Below are positions 26,535 to 36,320 of a DNA stretch of 49,451 nt, piece after piece; within the stretch, counting starts at the first letter, position 1, and the number at the start of each line of letters is the position of its first letter. A model generated the notes under the pieces. The model made no database searches. It saw only the letters and a program-made list of their open reading frames with translations, and was not told the origin of the DNA. Source of the DNA: a virus (lineage: Duplodnaviria > Caudoviricetes); the IMG/VR virus record IMGVR_UViG_3300049019_000012, positions 1-49,451 of that record; one strand, given 5' to 3'. The translations under genes and the position numbers were made by a program.

Positions 26535-28922
26535 TTACGCCACCGTTACGGGCGCTGCAAATGCCTTCGGCGAAGGGCTTTGCGTAGTTGTGCCGTCCGT
26601 GTCACTGACGACAAGGAACCCGACGCCACCAGCTGACAGCGACGTGTTCACAAGCGGCAGCGATAGGACGCCGGAAGCATTCGTGGTCGCCCCCGTGCCC
26701 TTGTCTGACGGTGCCGCGAAACCATCCGGCGCCGACTGGTCGAAGAACGCCCATTTCAGCCCGGTCAGGTTGGCGCGCGGATTGCCGCTGCCGTCAACCA
26801 GGCTCAGCGTGGCGTGCTTGGCATAGAACGCGCCCACAATTGCGTCGTATGCCTTCGCCGATATCGCCGTGATTTCTTGCGATGTGGAGTAGTGCAGGGC
26901 GGAAAACAGCCCGTTCATATCTGCGACAGCGGCGACGTTCGCATTGCTTGCGCCGATTGCCGCGATGGCGGCATGGATCGCATTAAACCCGGTGTCACTT
27001 GCACCAGTGCCGCCCGTGCCAGCAGCATTTCCAGCGGCGTTGATGTTCATCAACACCCACTTTTTGCCAGGGAAGCGCGTCACGCACCAATCGTTGATGA
27101 TGGCGTTTATTGCCGATTCGTAGGTGCTGCGTGCCGTTCCGATGGCGCAATCGCCTTCACCCTGCCACCACAGCACAGCCTTGTGTCCGCCAATGTTGTT
27201 GGCGCGGTCCAGCATCGCGCCATACAGCGAAGTGGTGCTGGTAGATGCCGCCCAGGCAGACGCAGAAGTAGAACCCAGTGCGCACGGGACAAACGCGACA
27301 GGGACGCCAAATGCCATCAGCTGCGTGGCCAGTTTGCCGAAGTAGGAGTTTGTCGCGCTTCCCGAACCCTGCACTGCGTAGGTCGCAGACGCTGCTGAAT
27401 AATTCGACGCGTTCGTTGTCTTAGAAAATGGATCAGTCGATGTTTCGACGTTCGGGCGCCAGCGGCCAGTTTTATCCAGGATCGACGCCGCCCATGCGGG
27501 ATGCGCACCAGGCGCTACAGGCGGCACATAGGTGCCAGCGCCTGCGCCGACGTGGTTCGATTGGCCGGCAACCATGTACACATCGCCGACGCCGACTGCC
27601 ACCAGCGTATTGAACACGGTGGTTTTATTCGCGAACCGCACGGACAAGTCGCCCTGTGCTGGACCGGCCAGTGTAACCGTTGCGTCGAACGCGCCCGAAC
27701 CCATCGTGCCGCCCAGTGCCGCCCACGCCCCACCGTTCCAGCGATATTCAAGGGAAGTCGGCGAGCCGACATAGGTGCCGGAAATGCGCACGCTGGCATT
27801 GCCGCTTCCGTCGCGCTGGAAGATTCGGTAGTCGACAGCCGACTGCGCGAATGACGGCTGCGTAAAGGCTATGCTGTCGGCGTCAACCGTGATGTTTGCG
27901 ATGCTTGGCGAAACTTCCGCCGCGTTCTGGCTGGCTCGCGCTGTCAGCGTGTTTGCAGAGCCAGGCGTCAGGCTGAACGTTGCGGACCAGGTGCCGCTTC
28001 CGATAGTCGCCGACGTGCCCAGCACCCAGGCATTGCTGCCGAACTGCACTTCGATGCCCTGCGGCACGGTGCCGGTGTAGGTGCCGGAAATGACGGATGT
28101 CTGGCCAATCGAACTTCCGGCAGCTGGGCTGGTGATGGCGAGCGCATCAGAAACGGCACTGTTCGCCTGTGCGCGGTACATGTCGCGCCCCAGCGTGGCC
28201 AGTTCGGTCGTGGTGAAAGACTTGTTCCAGTGCCAGATGTTGTTCATAACTGCGCTACCAAACGCAGTAGAACCGTATTGCATCTTCGTGGCGGCGGCCC
28301 ACGTGGAATCAAATTGCGTCGTGGCTGCAGCGCCAGCGGCGTAGCGGGTAATCAGGTTGCCTTGCGCCGTGACATCCAAATCATAGACCGTCACCACGCC
28401 AGAAACGCGCTGGATCAGCGTAACGATTGTCTTATTAACGCCCCACATGGTCTGCGTGGAGCTAGTGCCACGCGGCGCTGAAGTCGATCCGGTTATGGTG
28501 GAATACCAGCCAACGCCGTTGTTCTCGTTGATGAAGAACGCCAGCGCGGTGCCAGCCGTACCAGAAATTCGCAGCACTTCGCGGACCAGGCTGGTGGAAG
28601 GCAGCGCTGCTTGCGTCGTCCAGCGGATCGCAATCAGGAAATCGCCGCTGCCGTCCTGCCAGCCATAGTTCGTTGTGCTGGTGTAGTCGTAGCTTGCGCC
28701 CAATGCGCCAACAACGCCAGGTTCGGCCAAACTGACTAGGTTTTGCGTTCCACTCTTGACCAGCGTCGGCGCTGTTGCGCCAACAAACAGCCACGGCACG
28801 CCGTCCTTGTGGCTCGCGTCGTCAGCCGTGAAGTCCCAGCCCAGGTTAAGGCCGGTCGAATAAGTCGTGTCGGCGCTATTTAGCGCAAGCGGCAGCGTGC
28901 GCTGTGAGTGGGAAACAGTCAT
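26535..28922 (-). CDS. Large virion-associated protein with SGNH/sialate-O-acetylesterase-like domain
   Basis: VGVGDVYMVAGQSN, ALGST, WWQGEGD, LHY; beta-rich N-terminal modules. Confidence 0.78.
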   Translation of the reverse strand: MTVSHSQRTLPLALNSADTTYSTGLNLGWDFTADDASHKDGVPWLFVGATAPTLVKSGTQNLVSLAEPGVVGALGASYDYTSTTNYGWQDGSGDFLIAIRWTTQAALPSTSLVREVLRISGTAGTALAFFINENNGVGWYSTITGSTSAPRGTSSTQTMWGVNKTIVTLIQRVSGVVTVYDLDVTAQGNLITRYAAGAAATTQFDSTWAAATKMQYGSTAFGSAVMNNIWHWNKSFTTTELATLGRDMYRAQANSAVSDALAITSPAAGSSIGQTSVISGTYTGTVPQGIEVQFGSNAWVLGTSATIGSGTWSATFSLTPGSANTLTARASQNAAEVSPSIANITVDADSIAFTQPSFAQSAVDYRIFQRDGSGNASVRISGTYVGSPTSLEYRWNGGAWAALGGTMGSGAFDATVTLAGPAQGDLSVRFANKTTVFNTLVAVGVGDVYMVAGQSNHVGAGAGTYVPPVAPGAHPAWAASILDKTGRWRPNVETSTDPFSKTTNASNYSAASATYAVQGSGSATNSYFGKLATQLMAFGVPVAFVPCALGSTSASAWAASTSTTSLYGAMLDRANNIGGHKAVLWWQGEGDCAIGTARSTYESAINAIINDWCVTRFPGKKWVLMNINAAGNAAGTGGTGASDTGFNAIHAAIAAIGASNANVAAVADMNGLFSALHYSTSQEITAISAKAYDAIVGAFYAKHATLSLVDGSGNPRANLTGLKWAFFDQSAPDGFAAPSDKGTGATTNASGVLSLPLVNTSLSAGGVGFLVVSDTDGTTTQSPSPKAFAAPVTVA

Positions 28923-28925
28923 GCT

Positions 28926-29309
28926 TTAGGTCGGCTGGTTGCTGGTGTAGGTCAGCTGCGGGAAGTCCACAGGGTTGCCGGACGTAATCGCCTGGTCGGT
29001 CGTTTCGTCCGTTACCCACAGCACCTTTGCCGCGCCATCGGTGAACGCAATGTGCAGGTTCGAACCTGCAGAAGCGCCTGCGGATGCATTCGCGGACTTG
29101 CCGCTGGCGCTGGTCAGCAGGCGATTGCTGCCCGACGACGATAGGGTGAAGTCGCCCGAAGCAATGGTGACTTCTGCCAGCTTGTTTCCGGTCACGGTCG
29201 CGTAGTTGTCGCCAGCCGTGTAGCCGGAAATCAGCAGCATCTTCGTTGCGGCGTTCTTGATGGCGTTCAGGCCGCCGTCCAGAACGTCGGCGTGTGCGAA
29301 TTTGGCCAT
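28926..29309 (-). CDS. Hypothetical virion accessory protein
   Basis: Start MAKFAHADVLDGGL at 29309; first gene after late promoter. Confidence 0.75.
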   Translation of the reverse strand: MAKFAHADVLDGGLNAIKNAATKMLLISGYTAGDNYATVTGNKLAEVTIASGDFTLSSSGSNRLLTSASGKSANASAGASAGSNLHIAFTDGAAKVLWVTDETTDQAITSGNPVDFPQLTYTSNQPT

Positions 29310-29340
29310 GTTGAAAAATCCCATTGAAATAGATTGCCAA

Positions 29341-29383
29341 ATGATAGGCCGCACGCGGCGACCTATCCTCTGGTGGGTTTTCC
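29341..29383 (-). promoter_or_regulatory. Putative late promoter for accessory cassette
   Basis: GGAAAACCCACCAGAGGAT-N18-TATCAT. Confidence 0.75.
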
Positions 29384-29997
29384 TACGCCTGCGCTGCAGT
29401 GGTTGGTGCGGTAGCGCCCTGTGCAGTGTGGTGGTGCGTCTTAAGGCCGATGCCGTCCGCAACAACGTTGGCTCCAGTTACGGTGACGTTGCCGCCGTCA
29501 ATCGCCGCGCCGCCGTGGCCAGTAATCAGGCCGTCAACTGTCAGCGCCTGCGTGCAGTGCGTCAGCGGCGTGTTCAGCGTCACGCTGGTTACTGCGTTGA
29601 TCGTGGCTTCCTTGCAGTTCACGATAACCTTTCCGTCGCCCGCTACGGTCACGGTCAGCGTGCCGGTGGCGCTGTTGTAATCCACCGCCGAACCATCAGG
29701 GAACACCACGTGTTCCTGGTCCTTGCTGGCGGCTGGCGCTGGGTGATCGTCCTGGAATATCGCAGGCCCGATGACGGCCTGGCTGGTGTCGCCATACGGC
29801 GCGAATACCAGCCGCTGTTCGCCAGGCCGTGGCGCTGACCATGTGCGCGTCGCGCCAGCGCGGCTTTCGCCCCACGGCAGCCAGTCGGTGGTCAGGCCGC
29901 CGACTTTCATTTTCACGCGGGCGTTCGCTTCGTCCAGTTCGGATACGACGCCGACGCGGATCATGTTCGCCAGCAGTCGTTCTATTTCCGCGCTCAC
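29383..29997 (-). CDS. Baseplate spike gpV-like protein
   Basis: ANMIRVGVV, TDWLPW, WSAPRPGEQ, FPDG...Y, C-terminal HxH tip; GTG 29997. Confidence 0.92.
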   Translation of the reverse strand: MSAEIERLLANMIRVGVVSELDEANARVKMKVGGLTTDWLPWGESRAGATRTWSAPRPGEQRLVFAPYGDTSQAVIGPAIFQDDHPAPAASKDQEHVVFPDGSAVDYNSATGTLTVTVAGDGKVIVNCKEATINAVTSVTLNTPLTHCTQALTVDGLITGHGGAAIDGGNVTVTGANVVADGIGLKTHHHTAQGATAPTTAAQA

Positions 29998-30533
29998 GGT
30001 GCCACCTGGGTATAGTCGTCTTCGTGGCCGGTGCCGATGTCGGGAGACTGGCCAGTCCATACGGTCGTTGGCGTCAGCCCTTCGTCGGTCCACACGCTTT
30101 CGCCCAGGTGGACGACTTGCCGCCACTCGACGCACCACACTTCGTACTTGTCCAGTTCAGGCTTGAAGTCGCTGCGGTATGCGTGGATCGCTTCAGGCGG
30201 TCCCATGCGCGTGACGATGCGGCGCAAGTCCTTGCGGATGAAGTGCGCCAGCGCGCCAGCCAGGACGCGGGCCGACAGCTTCGCCTGTGGCGTGCGGAAG
30301 CCCAGTATCAGGTCAGCTTCGAAGCGGCAACGGACGGCTGTCTGGTCGGTGCCAGGGTCAACGTCTGGCGCGTCTTCGAATTCCGGCATGTCCAGCAGGC
30401 AGGCCGGCGTCGGCACTTCGTCGCGGTCTTCGCGGTAGAACTCGACGGTTTGCAGGTCGGGAAACTGCGCCTTGATGGCGTCCACGATGCGAGTATGGAA
30501 TTCCTCGATTGAAATTGCGGTATCTGCGTTCAT
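29994..30533 (-). CDS. Tail completion/terminator-like protein
   Basis: Synteny; TPACLLD and VWCVEWRQVVHLG pattern. Confidence 0.65.
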   Translation of the reverse strand: MNADTAISIEEFHTRIVDAIKAQFPDLQTVEFYREDRDEVPTPACLLDMPEFEDAPDVDPGTDQTAVRCRFEADLILGFRTPQAKLSARVLAGALAHFIRKDLRRIVTRMGPPEAIHAYRSDFKPELDKYEVWCVEWRQVVHLGESVWTDEGLTPTTVWTGQSPDIGTGHEDDYTQVAP

Positions 30534-31084
30534 GCTTCGCCCAGCTTGTATTTCACGCGGGCCGTAAGATCGCGCTGAAAGTTCTTCCAGAAAATCTGTT
30601 CGGTCTGCACAAAAATTTGGTCTTCGATGACCACTTGCGCGCGGTCGCTGACGGCCATCTGCTGTTCGATGATGTGCAGGCGGCCCTTGCCTTCGCGCTT
30701 GAAAATGGTTTTTCGCTTCTTGAACGTGCTCTTGGCGACAAATCCGCCTTTGAATTCCTGGCCGCGAAAACTCGCGCCATCGCCGCCAAGCTTCGGCGTG
30801 CCCTTAAACCAGCTTACTGGCATGTCGTTGATGCCGAACCACAGCTGCATGCCGTCGCCGCCAGAAACGCGCAGCTTCAGCGACTTAAGGCGCTTGCGCA
30901 GCATGCTGATGGTGCGCAGGGCCAGTTCGTCTTTCAACTTGCGGGCCGCCATGGTGCGCAGTGCAGTTGCAGTGCGAGCCAGCGCGCGGTGCAACGCGAA
31001 CTTCACCTGCTTTTCGGTTGCGCCCAGGTCCATCACCAGCTGATCCATGCCGGTGGCGTCAATTTCGAAGTGCAACAGGCTCAT
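30530..31084 (-). CDS. Neck/minor tail Z-like protein
   Basis: Basic; ALHRALARTA and IFKREGKGRL pattern; synteny. Confidence 0.6.
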   Translation of the reverse strand: MSLLHFEIDATGMDQLVMDLGATEKQVKFALHRALARTATALRTMAARKLKDELALRTISMLRKRLKSLKLRVSGGDGMQLWFGINDMPVSWFKGTPKLGGDGASFRGQEFKGGFVAKSTFKKRKTIFKREGKGRLHIIEQQMAVSDRAQVVIEDQIFVQTEQIFWKNFQRDLTARVKYKLGEA

Positions 31085-31414
31085 TTAAGCCTTCGACAGT
31101 TCCAGCTGCGCCATGCCGTCGCCCAGCGGCTGCGGGCGCGTCATGATGTCGTAGGTGACGGTGCCGCCGTTCTTTGGCAGCGTCGCAACCAGGCTGTCGC
31201 CGCGCTTGATGCCGGTGCAGCGGTACAGCGGCAGCTGGAACGTCGGCACTGTCGTGTCTTCCACGAACTCGCCTTTACGCGCGCCCAGGTATGGGTCTTC
31301 CAGGTGCCCGGTTACGTTCCGGCTTCCGCCCGCCTGGAACTGGATGACTGCGGCCACGGCGAAATCGTCCGTGTCCATAAATTCTTCCAGATCATCCCAG
31401 GCGGGCGTGGTCAT
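31085..31414 (-). CDS. Head-tail joining protein
   Basis: FMDTDDFA, IKRGDSL, PQPLGDGMAQLEL; synteny. Confidence 0.65.
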   Translation of the reverse strand: MTTPAWDDLEEFMDTDDFAVAAVIQFQAGGSRNVTGHLEDPYLGARKGEFVEDTTVPTFQLPLYRCTGIKRGDSLVATLPKNGGTVTYDIMTRPQPLGDGMAQLELSKA

Positions 31415-31416
31415 GC

Positions 31417-31788
31417 TTAAGCGCCGGTCTTGCCGGTGATGGTCACGCCGTAGGTGATGGCAGGGGATGCGCCGCCCAGGGTGTTGACGACTTTCACGAA
31501 CTGCTTCAGGCCGTCCACGTTGCGCAGCTTCGACTGGAAGGATGCGCCGCCAGCGGTCGTTACCTGGTCGAAGGCAATGCCGCTGTCGGTGTAGGTGCCG
31601 CCGCTGGTGTCGCAGTGGGTCAGCTTCACGTCGGAAGTCTGCGCCGCGCCTTCAGGTGCGGACGAATTCAGGGTGAACAGCACTTCGCCAGTGTACTTGG
31701 ACAGGTCAATAGCGGCGCTGGTGTCGGTCGCGGTGATGCGCTTGGAGAATGCGACAACTGCCTGGGTCAAACGTGCAATGATTTGCAT
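31417..31788 (-). CDS. Hypothetical head-associated protein (possible decoration)
   Basis: Beta-rich 123 aa downstream of capsid; GAGG RBS. Confidence 0.65.
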   Translation of the reverse strand: MQIIARLTQAVVAFSKRITATDTSAAIDLSKYTGEVLFTLNSSAPEGAAQTSDVKLTHCDTSGGTYTDSGIAFDQVTTAGGASFQSKLRNVDGLKQFVKVVNTLGGASPAITYGVTITGKTGA

Positions 31789-31816
31789 GGTGGTGGTTCC
31801 TCAGTGGATTTTGAAA

Positions 31817-32065
31817 TTATTTCTTTTTGCGGGCAGGCTTGTCGCCCTCGCCAGCATCGCCTTCGGCTTCAGCTTCGGCTTCGTCAGCTTCGGCATCTGC
31901 AGCGCGGGCGGCGGCTTCATCTGCAGCGGTGGCCAGCACAGCCTTGCCGCGCAGCAGCAAGCCCTTAGCGTGGTCTTCCGGCACGTCCAGCAGGACTTTG
32001 CCAGCGGGCGCAATAGTGCCGTCCACGACAATGGCGGCGGTCAGTTTGATGTTTGCGGTTTTCAT
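31817..32065 (-). CDS. Hypothetical head-associated protein
   Basis: AAGGA RBS; acidic C-terminus. Confidence 0.7.
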   Translation of the reverse strand: MKTANIKLTAAIVVDGTIAPAGKVLLDVPEDHAKGLLLRGKAVLATAADEAAARAADAEADEAEAEAEGDAGEGDKPARKKK

Positions 32066-32089
32066 GTGATCGAAATTCCTTGTCGTTTC

Positions 32090-32117
32090 AAAAAAGGGCG
32101 GCGCTTGGCCGCCCTTT
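32090..32117 (-). terminator. Intrinsic terminator after capsid gene
   Basis: AAAGGGCGGC-CAAGC-GCCGCCCTTTTTT. Confidence 0.75.
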
Positions 32118-32140
32118 CCCGTTCAGGTCACTGCCCTGGC

Positions 32141-34147
32141 TTACGGATTGACCAGGTGGCTGCCGTAGCAGATGGATTCCAGGCGACGTAGCGCAAAGTC
32201 CACGTCTTGGAACACCACGATGCGGGTGCCGCCCGACTTCGACAGGCTGGCGGTGTCCACAATCATGTCCAGGCCGCCCCACATCGCGATCAGGAAGTCC
32301 GCGAAGTTGCCGAAGAACATATCGTCAGCGTTCAGCTGGTTGGTCACTTCGGTGCGGTAGCCGTTGACGGTGTTGCCCGGTTCCCAAATGGTGGTTTCGG
32401 TGCCGGTGCCGAACTTCGGCGTGGTCTTCATGTAGCCGCGCAGGCGGGAGTGCATCAGGTACGCCATCGAATTCACGTCGGCGTTGTCTGCGGCAATCTC
32501 GGTTTCCATGCCAACCAGGTTAGGCCAGGTCGGCGCTTGCTGTGCGGCGAAGTCCACGGCGTTCATGCCGTTGTAGTTCTTCAGGCCACGCGGCTGATAC
32601 TGGGTGCCGGTGCCGTAGATGGCGGCGATGTCGATTGCTTCGCTCACGGCGTCGCGCAGGTCGTTGCGCACCAGCATTTCCGCGTCAGGCGAAGACTGGT
32701 TCAGCAGCTTGCGGGTGATGTCGATGTACGCCGCCACGGTTTTCGGGGTCAGCGTGATCTGGCCGAATTCCATGCCGGTTTCTTGTGCGTCCTGGCCTTC
32801 ACCCAGCCAGTAAGCCTTCGCGCGGTCGGTCTTCTTCGGAATGTCCATGGTGCCAACCAGGCCGGACATCACGGTGGCCAGCTTCATCATCACGGAACGA
32901 TTGCGCAGCTGGTCGATCCACGAAGTGGAAGTGGTGTGCGGGACCAGGTGTGCGCCCGACTGGCCAGCGCCAGGGATGCCGCCTGCGTTGAACGCGCGGG
33001 TGCCCAGAACGTCGGCAGGGATCAAGATGCCTTGTGCGGTCTTGCCAGTGGCGCGCTGCGCTTGCTCGCTGCATTCGAATTCGAAGGCGGCGGCTTCACG
33101 GTCGGCGCGGGTGGCGTTCGGGTGCAGGGCGCGGGCGGCGCGCAGCATGCTGAAGCGGGCCACTTCGTCGTTCGACAGGCCGATTTCGGCGGTGCGGTTC
33201 TGCTCGCCCAGTGGCTTGCTGGTGCGCTCGTTGAAGCGTTCCAGCAGTGCGTTCTGCATGTCGGCTTCGGTCTTGCCGTCGCGGACCATCTGCGCTGCCA
33301 GGTCGCGGGCATCGAACTTGTCGCCCAGCGCCAGGATAGCGTTCGAACGTGCGCGTTCGGCGTCAGCGCCCAGGCTGCGGGAGTGGCTGTCAGCGCCAGC
33401 GGCTTCGATGATTTCGGACGCGCCGACATCTTTGCCGCTGTCGTCCTGCGCAACGCGGCACATATTGCCCTGGGCGTCGCGGAAGTAGCGATATTTCATA
33501 AGTTTTAGTTCCTCGGTAGTTGCCCGCGTTGCTGCGGATTCGTTGATGCTGCCCGCATCATCGGTTGTTTTCTTCGACTGTTCCTCTGGTGGGTTTTCCA
33601 GCGAGCGGCCAACGCCCACGCTTGGGTCAGCCGGGACGCTGACGAACGAAATTTCGAATGGCTCCCAGTCGATGACACGGAACACGTCCACGTCTTCGCG
33701 TTCTTCAATCAGCTTCAGGCCGTGGACCATGTAGCCAACAGACACTTTCGTAACGATGCCGTCCGCCAGGTCTTGCAGCAGCTGTTCGCCGGCTGGCGAC
33801 TTGCTGATGCGGACGACAGCACGGCCCACAGCATCGCCGTCGATGCTCGCGGATTCCACGACGCCGCGCATGTCGTCCCAGTTGTGATTCCACAGGGACG
33901 CCGCGCTATCCTGCAGGCGCTCCATGCGGACTTCGCCAGGTGCATGGCCAAGGATTTCGATGCCGAACCAACGGCGGTATTCCAATTCGCTGGAAAACGA
34001 CAGTTCGACGGTGCGCGCCTCAACGTTCACGCCGCCCACATTCGCTTCACGCTGCTGCGGTTTCTTCGCAATTTCGGCCAGTCGTTGCACGGCCTTGCTG
34101 GCGACGCCATCGGCAGCGTCGCGCGTCATCAGGGTTTTGATGGTCAT
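32141..34147 (-). CDS. Fused prohead protease-major capsid protein (HK97 fold)
   Basis: Protease LWNH, VSVGY, WEPFEISFVSVPAD; capsid ITRKLLNQS, GTGTQYQPRG, FGNF. Confidence 0.92.
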   Translation of the reverse strand: MTIKTLMTRDAADGVASKAVQRLAEIAKKPQQREANVGGVNVEARTVELSFSSELEYRRWFGIEILGHAPGEVRMERLQDSAASLWNHNWDDMRGVVESASIDGDAVGRAVVRISKSPAGEQLLQDLADGIVTKVSVGYMVHGLKLIEEREDVDVFRVIDWEPFEISFVSVPADPSVGVGRSLENPPEEQSKKTTDDAGSINESAATRATTEELKLMKYRYFRDAQGNMCRVAQDDSGKDVGASEIIEAAGADSHSRSLGADAERARSNAILALGDKFDARDLAAQMVRDGKTEADMQNALLERFNERTSKPLGEQNRTAEIGLSNDEVARFSMLRAARALHPNATRADREAAAFEFECSEQAQRATGKTAQGILIPADVLGTRAFNAGGIPGAGQSGAHLVPHTTSTSWIDQLRNRSVMMKLATVMSGLVGTMDIPKKTDRAKAYWLGEGQDAQETGMEFGQITLTPKTVAAYIDITRKLLNQSSPDAEMLVRNDLRDAVSEAIDIAAIYGTGTQYQPRGLKNYNGMNAVDFAAQQAPTWPNLVGMETEIAADNADVNSMAYLMHSRLRGYMKTTPKFGTGTETTIWEPGNTVNGYRTEVTNQLNADDMFFGNFADFLIAMWGGLDMIVDTASLSKSGGTRIVVFQDVDFALRRLESICYGSHLVNP
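33557..33599 (-). promoter_or_regulatory. Putative intragenic late promoter for capsid-only product
   Basis: GGAAAACCCACCAGAGGAA-N18-GATGAT, then GAGGA RBS and in-frame ATG 33499. Confidence 0.7.
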
Positions 34148-35766
34148 TCTGTGGCTTTCGGTTGCGGTTTGGCAGCGGGTGCCGGTGGCTTCGGCTGAAT
34201 TCCGAAGCTGTTCTTAATCAGGTCCATGGCTTCTTCCCGCGTGAAGCCTTCGGCCGCCAATGCGTCCACCTGGGCACGCATGTCGCGAGCCGATTCGATC
34301 CAGACGGTTTGCGGGTCTTCGCCCTGTTCGCGAATGATCGTGCTTGGCGACTTCAGGAAATTGTTTTTCGATTCAATCGCTGCGTCCACGTCGGCGCGCG
34401 GGTCGATCCACTGCCAGCGTCGCGGCTGCCAGGAAACGGCGCTGTACTGGTCGATCTTCGACGCCTGCAGCGCCTTGCCCTTGATGGCAATGCGGCCCGC
34501 CACTAGCGAATATTCCAGCCAGGCTTCGAAGACGGGCTGCACCAGGCTTTCAATCAGCCAGTCTTGCAGTTCCTTCCAGTGCTCGCGGCTGTCCAGCGTG
34601 CCCTGGCGGATGCTGGAGAAATTCACGCCTTCCAGGTCCGACGCCAGTTCGTTGTAGGGCACGCCCCAGCCGGATGCGATCCCGCGCAGTGTGTGCTTAG
34701 TGAACGGCAGGAATTCGCCCGACGACGCGGCAGGTGCGAACGTCTCGATGTGCGCGCCCTTCGGCAGAATTCCGAACGTGCCAGGGTCGGCATCGATTTC
34801 TGGCGGGTTGTCTTCGTCGTATTCTGGCCCGTCGCTGTCCTTATCCCAGGCAACCCATCCCATTTTCGAAGCGCTGATGCGCTGGCCGATCACGGCGGCT
34901 TCTTCGTATCCCTGCAGGTGGCGCAGGCGCAGCAGGCCGGTGGCCATCCACGGCAGGCCGCGCTTCTGGCCTTCGATTTCTTCCAGGAAGCCGTGAATGA
35001 TTTCGTCGGCAGGGATGCGAACGCAGCGCTTGCCGCTGTACACATACGCCTGTTCGGATTCGTCCGTGGTCGTGAAGTAATACGCCGTAGGCCGCCCGTA
35101 GCGGTTGAACTCGATGCCTGCGCGCACGAAATTGCTGCTTCCGTTTAAACGCTGCACGTCCAGGTCAACAGGGCAGCGCTGCGGGTCGATGGTCTGCAGT
35201 GCGAAGCCCCACGGACCAGCGTCGCTGCCGTAGATTTTGCGCACGAAGAATTCGCCATCCTTTGCAGCGTCGCGCACGACGCCCAGCGTTACTGCCCGCC
35301 AGCTTTTCTTCCCGGTGACGGTGCAGTTGCGGCGGTGCCCCCAGTCGTTCCACGAAGATTCAATGGCAGCGTTGGCATCGGGGTCCAGCTTGCCCCTGGC
35401 GCTTTTCACCTGAGCCTGCATCATAACGCCAGGGCCGACGATGTTCTGGCGGCACATGCGGATGAAGGCGCGGGCGTGGTCGTTGTTCGCCACCATCTGG
35501 CGCGAACGCGCTACCAGCGCCACCTGGTTTCTCTGCACGATATCGTCAGCGGTCAGCGGCATGCGGCCCCAGTCTTTCGTCAGGCGGTCGCTGTCGGCGG
35601 ATGCGAACATGCGCACGGCGCGCTGCATCATGCGCGAAGCCTGATGAAGCGTTGCACGGGTAGGACTGGTGTCCATAGCAAGCGAAGCAACACCGCCAGA
35701 AGAACGCAGCGGCACGCTTGGAACGCTGGTGCGGCTCGCCTGCTTCAAATAATCGTCGGGACTCAT
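34144..35766 (-). CDS. Portal protein, lambda family
   Basis: ARSR..VANN, GIEFNRYGRP, QKRGLPW, VNFSSIRQG, WQWIDP. Confidence 0.93.
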   Translation of the reverse strand: MSPDDYLKQASRTSVPSVPLRSSGGVASLAMDTSPTRATLHQASRMMQRAVRMFASADSDRLTKDWGRMPLTADDIVQRNQVALVARSRQMVANNDHARAFIRMCRQNIVGPGVMMQAQVKSARGKLDPDANAAIESSWNDWGHRRNCTVTGKKSWRAVTLGVVRDAAKDGEFFVRKIYGSDAGPWGFALQTIDPQRCPVDLDVQRLNGSSNFVRAGIEFNRYGRPTAYYFTTTDESEQAYVYSGKRCVRIPADEIIHGFLEEIEGQKRGLPWMATGLLRLRHLQGYEEAAVIGQRISASKMGWVAWDKDSDGPEYDEDNPPEIDADPGTFGILPKGAHIETFAPAASSGEFLPFTKHTLRGIASGWGVPYNELASDLEGVNFSSIRQGTLDSREHWKELQDWLIESLVQPVFEAWLEYSLVAGRIAIKGKALQASKIDQYSAVSWQPRRWQWIDPRADVDAAIESKNNFLKSPSTIIREQGEDPQTVWIESARDMRAQVDALAAEGFTREEAMDLIKNSFGIQPKPPAPAAKPQPKATE

Positions 35767-36311
35767 TTCAACCTTACGCGCACTTCGCGCCCAAAGACGT
35801 TACCGCCACGTGCTGCAGCGTCTTCAGCGCGCACGCGGGCCAGATAGGTGGATTCCAGCAGCAGCAAATCCTTGATAGGCGTGCGCCACAGTTCGCGCGG
35901 GCCGTTCGGCGTGCTGATGACGTAGCGCTGCTGGTCCTGCGTCGCGCGCTTTTCGATAACGGCGCGGATGTTTTCCAGGACGATGCGGTTGTGGCTGCGC
36001 ACGTCGCTGCCTGCAGGCATCTGCGCCAGGTCGGCCAGGACTTCGACGCTGCCCGCATCGACTTGGATCACGACGCCATCGGCGGACACGCGCGCGCTGT
36101 ACACGTACAGGCCAGGCACATAGGCGGCAGTGGTCGCTGCGGAAGCTTCCAGCAGGTGCTGCACGCCGTCTGCAACGCCTTCCAGGTCGATGGCCGCAGG
36201 TCCGCGCAGCGACACGGACAGCTGCCAGCCCGTTGCGGGGTAGCCTGCCAGTGTCACCAGCTTGGAAAGCGTCAGCCCAGCATTAATTTTTGCCGGAAGA
36301 ATGTCGTTCAC
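35763..36311 (-). CDS. Head-tail adaptor-like protein
   Basis: Between TerL and portal; C-terminal YVI...REL...L pattern of gpW-like adaptors. Confidence 0.65.
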   Translation of the reverse strand: MNDILPAKINAGLTLSKLVTLAGYPATGWQLSVSLRGPAAIDLEGVADGVQHLLEASAATTAAYVPGLYVYSARVSADGVVIQVDAGSVEVLADLAQMPAGSDVRSHNRIVLENIRAVIEKRATQDQQRYVISTPNGPRELWRTPIKDLLLLESTYLARVRAEDAAARGGNVFGREVRVRLK

Positions 36312-36320
36312 GTATGCCCA

